Below are positions 37,131-48,637 of a DNA stretch of 64,000 nucleotides, piece after piece. A program made the translations under genes and the position numbers. The notes beneath the pieces are model-generated. The model was not told the origin of the DNA. It saw nothing but the letters and a program-made list of their open reading frames with translations, and did not search any database. Position 1 is the stretch's first letter; every line of letters starts with the position of its first letter. The DNA is taken from assembly GCA_964016885.1 (NCBI GenBank), contig OZ024741.1:34782001-34846000 (forward strand), given 5' to 3'. Origin of the DNA: Eledone cirrhosa. Its lineage: Eukaryota.

Positions 37131-37453
37131 TTAGTTGTAATTTTTTATTTTGTTCAGTCAATCAGAACTCTTACCAATTAGTAGAACGTTCTTCCATGAA
37201 TTCCTAGCGTTTGTTGACAGCATCCAGGTCCTTCTGAAATGTTAACCTGCTTCGTGGTCTTCCACGTTTCCTTCTAAGTTTTTTTTTACCCACCCTCCGT
37301 CCGTCTCCTTTTTACTTTTCTTTTTTCTTTTGTATGCTGAATAATCTGGCGAGCTGCTAGACCAGCCAATCGCCTCCCTCGTTCAGTCATCATCTGTTGA
37401 ACTCTTTGTGACGTTCCTTTCCTAAATCTTACACGTCTTTGTTTCTTATTTAA

Positions 37454-39737
37454 TCACGACATGCCACTTTTCGCGGGGGCAGCTGAAGTCTCCCCTGGTT
37501 TACGCAAACTTGTATAGCTGCTTTTGTCTTGCTCAAGTCTACTGTTCAATGGTCTACGGCTCAAGTTGCTGCTAACATAACAGCTTGATGTGTATTTCGG
37601 TGTACAAGTTGAGAATTCAGTAGAACTTTCGAAGGGAATAGTATCATTGTTTCGCCGTAAATAACCCGTATTAGCAAAAGAACGTTGTTTCATTTCACGA
37701 GGAATTTCAGATGGCTTTCTTGCAGCGTATATTTCTTGGTTTATATTCTTATGTAAGATTTTCCTAACAAGATTACGATTTTTTTCCACCGAAAGAGCTG
37801 TTTGATATGACAGCAAGTTGGTGTGTGACGTAGGTTTGAACGATTTAGTATCCACCCGAGGAAGAACAAAACCTACACCGTGTCTGCTATAAGTAGTTTT
37901 TGGCAATGACGAAACACCTTTTACGAAATTACTGCTTTTTACAGTTGTAACAGGATAACTAACTGGCAATGTTGGATAATCATCTAAAGGTTTTCTGTTG
38001 GAATGGTCTTTATTTAAATATAACGGTTTCTTCACCACAAACTCTAAATCGGGTCTATTATCACAAGTTGGCTCCAAGACATTCACATAACCGACATCAG
38101 TATTGGTAGAGGGTCAGACATGCTTTCCAGCGTAGTTACGTCCCTTTACCGAGTTCAAATCCCGCCGAGGTTTACTTTGCCTTTCATCCTTACAGGGTCG
38201 ATAAAATAAAGTACCAGTAATACACTTGGTAATTGCTGCCCTTGTGCCAAAATCAGAAACAATTATCTAAAATATTAGCAACACAGCTGTTTGCTTTCCA
38301 TATCAGTTTGGCTCTCTACAGACAAATCTCCTTTTACTGAAGTGACTCTCTTCACACTCAGAATATTCATCACTCGATTGATTTTCAAAAAATACAGAAT
38401 TTTCATCGAAGCATCGCCGAGTCTCTTCAATTTGAAAACTTTCATTAATTGATTGGCCCTCTACAGGCATCACAGAATTCCTACCAAAAAACAAACAAAA
38501 AAACTTTTATCAAACTGGCTTATTAAACAGAATCTTTATCAAGATTTACAGGGGTAGAGTGTGTAATTGTCGATGGGCCCTCTTGATAATCCGAGTAGCC
38601 CAACAAATTATTTGCATTACAAAGCTTTGATACAGCAGATATTTTTCGGTGCGAAACTCTCGGACGCCTTCTTTGATCATTTGCTGAGTTCTTTGTCGTA
38701 GGTTTAACAAATACCAATGAGCGAAACTCTCGGACGCCTTCTTTGATCATTTGCTGAGTTCTTTGTCGTAGGTTTAACAAATACCAATGAGCGAAACTTT
38801 TTTGTGTGTAATTTTACGAAATTACTGCTTTTTACAGTTGTAACAGGATAACTGACTGGCAATGTTGGATAATCATCTAAAGGTTTTCTGTTGGAAAGGT
38901 TTTCTTCACTGGAATGGTCTTTATTTAAATATAACGGTTTCTTCAGCACAAACTCTAAATCTTATTATCACAAGTTGGCTCCAAGACATTCACATAACCG
39001 ACATCATTATCTAAAATATTAGTGGTGGATTGGCAGTATCGGTAGAGGGTCGGACGCCATGCTTTCCAGCATAGTTACGTCCCTTTACGATCTGAGTTCA
39101 AATCCCGCCGAGGTTGACTTTGCCTTTCATCCTTACGGGGTCGATAAAATAAAGTACCAGTAATGCACTGGGTAATTGCTGGCCTTGTGCCTAAAGTAGA
39201 AACAATTATCTAAAATATTAGCAACACACAGCTGTTTGCTTTCCATATCAGTTTGGCTCTCTACAGCCACAAATATCCTTTTACTAAAGTGACTCTCTTC
39301 ACACTCAGAATATTCATCACTCGATTGAATCTCAACAAATACAGAATTTTCATCGAAGCACCGCTGAGTCTCTTCAATTTGAAAATACAGCAGCAGACAT
39401 TTTTCAGTGCGAAACTCTCGCACGCCTTCTTTTGATCATTTGCTGAGTTCTTTGTCGTAGGTTTAACAAATACCAATGAGCGAAATTTTTTTGTGTGTAA
39501 TTCTACTTCCTCCTCCTCATACTCTTCTTCTTCTTTATCTTCTTCAGTAAATAGTTTTATTGGTGATAATTCTTTGCGCAGCCGAGCTAGTTTTCGAGTA
39601 CTGTTTGTGACATTGTATTCTACAAGGATAAATCTTAATTGGTCATCTGTTAAAGATGTTATTTCATGTGAAGTTATGATTGAATGACAAGAGTCAAAAT
39701 GTGTAGACGAGTCTTTATAATGTGTGTATATACACAA
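37454..39737 (-). pseudogene. Rearranged, internally duplicated fragment of a LEM-domain protein gene (LAP2/emerin/MAN1 family)
   Basis: ITSLTDDQLRFILVEYNV-TNSTRKL-ARLRKE follows the LEM consensus but lacks the PGPI and YEKKL segments. It is followed by acidic and S/T/R-rich ORF pieces, frameshifts, duplicated blocks and two SINE copies. Confidence 0.6.
39023..39204 (+). mobile_element. tRNA-derived SINE of the dominant family (central domain resembles the Meta/MESC SINE domain)
   Basis: TGGCAGTATCGG A box, GAGTTCAAATCC B box, GCCTTTCATCCTTACGGGGTCGATAAAATAAAGTACCAG core; 17-bp TSD ATTATCTAAAATATTAG. Other copies at about 2137, 9196, 15768, 19670-20272, 20620, 21050, 33933-34275, 35420-35890, 38099, 41770, 45097, 45357 and 53110. 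Confidence 0.88.
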
Positions 39738-39743
39738 TATATG

Positions 39744-40188
39744 TGTAGTGACCTACATTCCGCGGGCTCACATACATTCTCTGCGTGATTTGGCTCAGCT
39801 CAGCCAATCAGCACCAGTAGAAGAGAATGTATCCCTACGCGCCCTGATGGAGAAATTCCCCGCGAGGATTTGAGGAATCTCTCTCTCGCATCATGGTAAT
39901 GTAAAGACCACTTGGTCCTTGCTGCTTCAATGCCGAAGGACCGACACATACAATATGTAACGGTGAGGTTTGCACTTGGGCCTGGCACAATGTAACCTTT
40001 TTATGTTTAACTTACAATCATACAATTTAACAAACATTACTTTGTGCTACAACAAAATAAACACATTTCATCTCACGAATATTCATCTTGACGTTATTAT
40101 CATGTTACTCGTTATCGATATGACTAACATACTTCTACCAAACTGATTACTCGTGGCGCTTCTAACTATAACACGATTATCTGCTAAA
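39744..40188 (+). mobile_element. Solo LTR-like element homologous to 59377-59958
   Basis: First ~130 bp nearly identical to the other copy; same CTGCTAAA end; no matching TSD. Confidence 0.75.
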
Positions 40189-42320
40189 CTTCCAAAGATC
40201 TATTTATATATGCAATTATTAGCAATTAACTGATTAAAGAAATCCTCGGGATTTCTTTACTCAGTTAATTGCTAATTATTTATACTTAAATCGACAAATG
40301 CGTTTGTTTTTGAATACACTTTATTTTGAAAACTAATACAACTATTGTAACATATTTATATTTATTACCCATGTAATTAGTGTATAAATGCATTTATAAA
40401 ACATTGGATTGGGGCCCTTACCATTGTGCTTTAAGTATTTTTACATTGATAACAAATTTCTAATTCTTAATCTGTTGCTCAAAACTGAAAACAATTCTAA
40501 AAGGTGAGGGTTAAAGGGTATTGTTACAAAATCAAACTTAGTTGAATAATTGCCACATAATATCATCATTACGGCTGTTTTACCAAGCATGTATGGGTTG
40601 GACAGGTCCTTCTCAACACATCTCTCCACTTGCTGCGTTTCTTCATCATCTCTGTGAGTTTCAATGATTTGAGGTCAGCTCTCACCACCTCTGCCCAGGT
40701 CTACCCATTATCCCACTACATCTCTTGTGTATCCAAGATTTATATTGTGTACACTGTATGGAGTTTATGCATACTCTTTTTCCAGTCAAATATCTGCTGT
40801 TCTCATCTTTTTGATAAGTTATATTAGAAAGTGATTTTATATTTTTCTGCTTATAACATTTAAAACGCTTGGAATAGCTAGTCCTCTGGCAACAAAGTCT
40901 TTCTCCTCATTAGTTGGTTGCCTTATTAAGTATCAAGTGATGCTCATAAGGTTGCTTGGCTATTTAAGTAACTTAGCCTCATTCTCACCTGCAGCTGTCA
41001 TTAATGTTTTGGCTTGCATCAAAATGTTTTAGAAGGCAATACCAGCATTCCCTCTTGTTGTGTAACTGAAGTGCATGTCTACCCCCTTATTTATTGAATG
41101 GTTTCTTTTGTAAATCATTATTTGTTATATATATTGCATTTTATGATTATGAAGTCTTTTGAAGGTGATGGCATGCAATGCTAGATTTACCATTGTGCTT
41201 TGGTGTGCTTAAGTACAGGGCCCTGTTGGCCAGAGATGGGGGATGCATCTCCCCCCCCCCCCCTCTCAAATTTATATCCTTCAGGACCTAAGTAAGAGGC
41301 CTCATAACTTAACTGGCACTGATGACATGGTAGAGTCGTTAAAACATCAGACAAATGATTTGGCAGTATGTGTTCTGTCTCTTTAAATTTTGAGGTCAAC
41401 TTTGCCGTTCATCCTTCTGAGGTCAATAAAAAAAAAAGGACCAGTGGAGTTGATATAATTGACTTTCCTCTCCCTACAATTTGTTAGCCTTGTGTCTTAG
41501 AAATCATGAAGGCAGTGGATTGACGGAATCAGAGCGTCAAACAAAATGCTGTGTGGTATTTAATTACGCCTGTTTTCTTCTTGAGTTCACATCTCGCAGA
41601 GGTCAACTTGACCTTTCATCCTTCTGAGTTCTAATGCTGCAAATTTTCATTTCATTTTATTTCATTTCATTTTATTCCTTTTCATCTCATCTCTCCTAAC
41701 TTCAAAACAGCTCCATTCCTAAAACACCAAAACTTAAACACTAATTCACCCTGTTATTTATCTTCATGAGCGGTGGATTGGCAGTATTGGTAGAGACTCG
41801 GATGCCATGCTTTGCAGCATAGAGTTATGCCCCTTTATGGTCTGAGTTCAAGTCCCGCCGAGGTTAACTTTGCCTTTCATCCTTATAGAGTCGATAAAAT
41901 AAAGTACCAGTAATGTACTGGCCTTGTGCCAAAAGTAGAAACAGTTCTTTATCTTCAACTTCCCTATCTCTACCTTCGCCACCTTCATCTTCTACTTTAC
42001 CATCATCATCACAATCATATTCACCATAAACAACACAACCACCAACTCTACTTCTCATTCTCCTCCTCCGCCTTCTTCTTCCCCTCACTTGTATGCTTAC
42101 CATTATCCCTCATCAATATGGCCCTACCAGTCATTCTTGTCATTATACTGGTGGACCTTAAAATTCCTGCTAACCACTTAACAGCTGCTTCTTTTTCCTT
42201 TTCATTCTTCCCAATTTTGATATTTATAATTTCATCTAAAGAAAATGTTATGCCCAACCCAATTACAATTCTTAACAATTCACCACCCCTGTCACATTGA
42301 AAACCACTATCCTCCATCTA

Positions 42321-42437
42321 CCCACTCCCGTCACCCACCATAACCCACTCCCGTCACCCACCATAACCCACTCCCGTCACCCACCATAACCCACTCCCGT
42401 CACCCACATAACCCACTCCCGTCACCCACCATAACCC
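42321..42437. repeat. 23-bp minisatellite x5
   Basis: CCCACTCCCGTCACCCACCATAA repeated five times, directly before Helitron copy 2. Confidence 0.9.
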
Positions 42438-42444
42438 AATAACA

Positions 42445-42902
42445 TCTAAACTATAATAAAGTAAGAAGCGTGGGACGGCCTACGGTTTATAATTTTTTTA
42501 TCCCATTAGTAAAATAAGTTGGATTACTTTGAATAAATAATGAATGAATATTACATAATTTATCTACTAAATTTCGTGGCTGTTGATTAAATATATTTTG
42601 TTTATTTAAAGATTCACTTTAAAATTTCTGATATCTCAACACTTCCGGTTGGCCATCGCTTAAATAAACATACTAATTTTCTCCTAATGCAGTTTATATC
42701 TTTTTTAATGTATCATGGATTACGTTACTGATTAAATAAAACAGTTTAATGCAGTCTTCGTTCAATTTTTATGTATTATATATTGCCGATTACGATTTTA
42801 TTTGATGTATCATATCTACATGTATATATACCTGCGTATAATATCAATATACACACTACACATGCTAGCAGAAAACCACCTGAAGGGTGTTTTTTTTGCT
42901 AG
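42445..42902 (+). mobile_element. Non-autonomous Helitron (copy 2)
   Basis: A|TCTAAACTATAATAA 5' end; AGCAGAAAACCACC-TGAA-GGGTGTTTTTTTTGCTAG|T 3' end; shares its body with 1974-2692. Confidence 0.75.
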
Positions 42903-43806
42903 TCTATATAAAATGAACACAGGACATGTCAACAGTTTGGTTGGGACCACCCATGTAAACTCTCTTATTTGAAGAAGTGTTGATTAAGAGTCGGGATTCG
43001 ATCACATGATCAAACCTGAGCTGATTGATATGGAAACAAATTGTAATATGTAATAAAGTTTACAAAAGCTGCAATTCTTATTGTCACTTATATATATATA
43101 TATACATATAGTTCAAAAGTTCAAATCTGTTGTGCAGCACTTTAGGTAAGGGTCTTCTACAATAGTCAGGATGATCAATTCCTTGTGAGTGGTATTTGGT
43201 CCACATAAAACGTATAGAAGTCTGTTATATGTGTGTGTGGAGGTATGATGCTGATGTATGTTAGCAAAGGATGTAAACATTGAAATACAAGAAAGAAAAA
43301 GTTGTTATTGTTGCTTTTTTTTTTTAGCAAAATCCCTTGCATTATTTGTTCTGAACTGAGCTACAAACACTCTCTTGTCTGTCTCACCATCAGAAATGCA
43401 GTGATTGGTTAATTGGAAACAGATTCTTGGGGCTCTGCAAAGGTAGTACTGAGGAACTGGCAAGACCTTTGAGAAGCCTGAGGTCTGTGAGAAAATTCAT
43501 TCAAATCTTGGTAACCATGGGTTTAACTACTGAAAATTTGTTTGATGTTTTATTTGTTTTATTACATACAAAATACAGTAAAAATTCTTAAATTATTAGC
43601 AGGAAAGATAAATGAGCATGTCAACAAAAATAAGATTTGTGTATTTTCATATATAAGAAATCATCGTCATTAAATGTAAATATGAATAGTTAATGTAGTT
43701 CTCCAATGTATTTTAAGGTGTTTTTTTACTTCTATATATAACACATATCTTTAAATTATTAGCAGGAAAGCTAAATAGGTATAGCAATAAAAAATAATAT
43801 GACTTA

Positions 43807-44647
43807 CCATATATACTCGAGGATAAGCCGAGGAATATGTTACCAGAAAATCAATGGTAAAATGGTATTTTGATGTTTTTCACCAACTTCAAATTCTACA
43901 TAAATAAGGTGCTAAAATATCTGGAATGATTATTTCACAATGAAACACTGTTTTTCTACATTTGCTATATTGTGAGTTTTATTTATGCATTGAATTGAGA
44001 ACATTCTCTCTCTCTCTCTCCCTCTCTCTAGGTTGCAGTTTCTTCCTCCCCCTTCAACTCTAAATTCTTATACTGTGTGCTCTTAGTTGATCTTTTTCAA
44101 TTATTCTCTATTCATTTCAATCTACTCCTAGTGTTTTAATGATCTCCATAATGGTTAAATAAAATCTTTTTAAAATAAACTAAAATATATCTCCATTTCT
44201 TTATATATTAATTTAGAATTTTCTCATGCTTTTTTGCTTTCTAATTATAAAGAAATAACATTTTCTAAAAATGAGAGAGGTTTGTCTTGTTTTCACTTGG
44301 GAGGTTTGTATGTAGTGGATTTGTGAAACAAAAACTATATTCTAAACCAGCAGTCCCCAGCCGGTGTTCCGCGGACGACAGGTGGTTCAAGAGAAAATAT
44401 TGATGATCAGCAGAAAAATTTTAATGTATTTATCTTTTAAAAAAAAGTTATATTAGTGGTTTGCGGGATTTAAAATTATGAATTTAGTGGTCTGTGAGGT
44501 CCGAAAGGTTGGTGACTGCTGCTCTAAATGACACTTAAAACATTTTAAATATCAAAATATTAAAACTTTGTAAATATTTTCTCCACTCATGAGAATTTCA
44601 AAACCACGCCATAATGTGTTGATTAGCTTATATTCGAGTATATATGG
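43807..44647. mobile_element. Tc1/pogo-type non-autonomous DNA transposon
   Basis: TA TSD; TIR CCATATATACTCGA.(.)ATAAGC at both ends. Confidence 0.8.
44348..44521. mobile_element. hAT (Charlie-like) MITE nested in 43807-44647
   Basis: TIR CAGCAGTC.CCA.CC; 8-bp TSD TTCTAAAC/CTCTAAAT. Confidence 0.8.
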
Positions 44648-44994
44648 TATGTATTTCTGAGTTGATTTTATATATAAAAAAGATATAATTATAACCAGTT
44701 GGTTTGTAGAGAGTAGTGAATCTCTTTAAAAAAAAAAGGAAAAAGAACCCAACAAAATAAAGATACTTGATAGAAAGTTCATCATACTAACATAGAATGG
44801 ATAATTATTAATGAGATTTTTAATAGATTTCTCAAGGGACACAGTCAAAAGTAATTTTAACTTTTTCTCCAACTCTTCTTAAGGTGTTTTCAGTCTCTAT
44901 TTATCAAGAAACAACGCATCCTTAATGAGAAGGCTTTCTGTGAAAAGAAGAAAGTGTAAACATACTTTTCACTATTCTCTCTGTACATAGAAAA

Positions 44995-45036
44995 ACATTT
45001 ACATGTTTCAGAGATTATTGTCTCCTCATCAAAAGG
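44995..45036 (-). ncRNA. Degenerate minimal hammerhead-like motif
   Basis: UUGAUGA-GGAGA(CAAUAA)UCUCU-GAAACAUGUA; C3->U change; weak stem I. Confidence 0.45.
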
Positions 45037-46859
45037 TAACTACTCCTATGATTCTGTATACAGGGGAATCTTTATAGCCTTACTATTTGTGTCAAGGGCA
45101 GTGGATTGGCAGTATCGGTAGAGCGTCAGACACCATGCTTTGCAGCATAGAGTTATGGCCCTTTGTGTTCTGAGTTAAAATCCCACTGAGGTGAACTTTG
45201 CCTTTCATCCTTACGGGGTTGCTAAAATAATGCACTGGGGTAATTGCTGGCCTTGTGCCAAAAGTAGAAACAATTACTATCTATGTCAAGTCGTAGAGTA
45301 TAACTGAAATGATCAGTCAAGTTTGCATGATGTGTATTTGGCAATGTCATTAATATAATTGTTTCTACTTTTGGCACAAGGCCAGCTATTACCCAGTGCA
45401 TTACTGGTGCTTTATTTTATCAACCCCGTAAGGATGAAAGGCAAAGCTAACCTTGGAGGGATTTGAACTCATAATTTTAATATAAATGCGTCAAAGCATG
45501 GTGTCCAACCCTCTACCGATACTGCCAATCCACCAATATAATAATAATAAATATTTATATAAGACACAGTAGGCAGTGAATTAGTAGTGTCATTAGAATG
45601 TTGACTAGAATGCTTGGCAGTATTTGTTCCAGCTCTCTGTGCTCTGAATTCAAATCTTGCCATGGTCAACTTTGCCTTTCATCTTTTCAAGGTAAATAAA
45701 AAGTACCAGTTCTGTACAGGGGGGTTGATTCTTTCTCTCTTCTCCCTTTTTGTTATGGAGCTAGATAAGTCAAGTGCCCATGTCTTTCTACGTTCCTGTC
45801 TATCACTCCCTCTTATTCTCCAGTAGGCAGCAAACATGTAGAGTCATTAGAACGTCAGAATGTTTCTCAGTATTCGTTCTGGTTATCAACACTCTAGGTT
45901 CAAATCCTGTCATAGTCAATTTTGTCTTTCATCCTTTCTAGGTCAATAAAAAAGAACCAGTCTTGTACCAGCGACACTTATTCCTCTATATCTCTTTCTC
46001 ACTTCCTATCTAGCACTACCAGTAATTCTCTGGGAGAAATCAGCTGTGTTCAGACCTGGAGAGGAGATGGGCTCTGCCAAGTTTTAAAAATGCCCAAGAA
46101 ATGCCATATGCCAATATGGCGCATCTACGACCTCATCAGGAGTTACAGCATCATACATAGAACACAGTATGAATTAAAAAATTTAAGATATTTTCCAATA
46201 TATGCTGTGTTTTGTATAAATATTTATTATATATTCTTAAGTTATTAGCAGGAAAAGTTACATTGATTCATTTTTGTTTTGATTTTAATATATAATTATT
46301 TCAGCTGTCTGTATCTGGTGATGAATCTCTGTGAATATTTTAAACTCTTTAATCCAACACATTTTAAAGGGAAAAAACAAGCAAAATGATGAGTATGAGG
46401 ATTTCAGTGATTCAAGCACTCTTGACCCACTTGTTGAATCTCCAACACCTTCATATCATTCAATAATGATTTAGCAGAAAATAACTAAAAACAGGTTTGT
46501 TAATTCAAATGTTTATAGTAACTTTACTAGAGGACAGATTGTTGTGAAAATTCACAGTAAATTAAAGAGTTTACTATTCAACTCTTTAGCATTCAAACCG
46601 ATTGTATCCAGCCAGAATTCTCTCAACTCTCTCTGCTCAAACCAACTGTAACCGGCCACTCATATTGATGTTAAGGTATTGTTCTTAAAATATATAATAT
46701 CAAAATCTCATAGATTTGATATTATGTGAGGTAAAGCTTTTGCCATGAAAATATAATAGTAAATATAGAGCAATGTAAATACTAAAGGGTTAATGTGTGC
46801 TGTTTTTGTACTTTTTGTGCAATTTTATGTGGTACAGGATGTTAAAAGTTAATAGCTAA

Positions 46860-47480
46860 ACATTTCTTGCCATTATTGATAGCTTACTTTCTGCCCTATT
46901 TAGACACCAGAAAGCTTATCGAAAGACAAATGGTGTAGAGTTGGATTTCTTCATCAGTTACAGTCTTTTACATCTGAAGAGATTTTAAAGAGGTCGTCAA
47001 CTATTGTAAACAATATCTTGAAGATCTGGAAGGATGCTTTGGTGAAGAATTTATACAGTTTACAGAACTGCATAACCATTTTGATACCAGCCCACACAAA
47101 ACTGCCTCTGGTTCTATGAAACATAATCATCAATTTTAAAGGGTTCCTATTCAAAATTAAAACCTTCCAACATAATTTGATATTAGAATCTTTTGTTAAG
47201 TTATGTTACAAATAAGAATTCATTTTAGTAAATTCCTCAAAATTCCTTATGGATTAAATCAAATACAGCTTATTTCATTAAAAATAAGGTAACAAAAATA
47301 TTAAAAGACTTTGTAGAGTTAAAGTTTTATTATTTGATAACTGATAATTATTTGGAGTCTTGTTTTCCAAATGTAAAAATGTCTTGTATATCTGTCACTC
47401 ATGGTTACCAACTGGAGAAATCATTAAATAAATAAGTTCAAGCTTCTGATAAGCAATATTGTTATCACATTTAAAAAAAA
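46860..47480 (+). pseudogene. Heavily decayed hAT transposase remnant
   Basis: Fragments IIDSLLSAL..QKAY (about 46872) and LESCFPNV..YLSLMVT..GE.S (about 47352) resemble the hAT C-terminal dimerisation region. Confidence 0.4.
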
Positions 47481-48637
47481 TGGTAAATAACTTTGAATTA
47501 TCAGTTTGTTAAACTTTCTTTTGTTACCTAAAAGCCCATTGTATAGTTGTTTTCATTTTACCATTTTCTTCTATATTATAAGCTAAATTTGTGGGTTTGA
47601 TTCCTGGAGCATTATGTCTTGAGCAAGCAAACATTTCATTTCACATTGTTCCAGTCCACTCAGCTGAAAATATTTGTATCAGCAGCAGTAGCAGCAACTG
47701 GGAGGTTAACGTCTTATCTTGTACTTCCTATTGCTTCACTCCTATGAAACTGAAATATGTTCTGACTTGAGTTCAGATAGTCTCGCTTGGGAATCCAGCT
47801 AAATCAGTTGTAGATGGTTGCTTCTGACAGGACCTGCTGGAAGGAGTGTTTGAGGACTCTGCCTCTGCAACCCTCTCAGGATTAAGTGGTTGAAGAAGAA
47901 GAAAAAGAACAACAACAATTATACTTTTGGTTTTCTGCAGAACTTTAACCACATCTCAACTACTTTCAACACTGATATTTCATACTTTATCAGTCCACCA
48001 TGAACACATGATTCAGCCAGGAATTGTGACCAACAGATAATATCAGCAATGGAAAGACTAATGCTTGGTTCAACCTGACAATTGGCTGGAATGATAATAA
48101 TTATTGTTTCTAATTAAGGTACAAGGTCAACAATTTGTGGTGAGAGGAATGTTAATTATATCAGTCCCAGTATTTTACTGGTACTTATTTTATCAGTCCT
48201 GGGAAGATAAAAGGCAAAGTTGAACTTGGCAGGATTTGACTCAGAATACAAAGGGCCATAACTAAATGCTGCAAAGTATTTTGTCCCATGCTTGAATGAT
48301 TCTGCCCCCCCCCCCCATCCTTATAGTAGTAGTAGTAATGTAATTTATAAGTCTATATCTTTATGTACTATGTTCACATCTAAAGAGATAATTCCGGTAG
48401 ACTCCTTATCCTTTTTTACAAGTACAGGGCTTTTTAAAAGTTATACAACTGACTTAATCCTTTCAAGATTATATTTCTAATGAAAGACACTGCCTATAAT
48501 TTTAGAAAAAACTTTGAAAATAATCAAGAATTTTTTCATTATTATTCTGGTGTTTGGAACATAATTTAACAAACATTCTTACATAAAATTATGATGGGAG
48601 GTTTTTAGATAAATATAAACACTTTGAAACAAACAGT

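Noticed and set aside
43326-43445. Possible plus-strand exon (polypyrimidine-AG ... AG|GTAGT)
   Set aside because: There is no recognisable open frame or partner exon; it cannot be supported without transcripts.
46085-46150. Minus-strand CTGATGAG in a repeat shared with 51600-51780
   Set aside because: There is no GAAA half; it is part of a SINE-associated tail.
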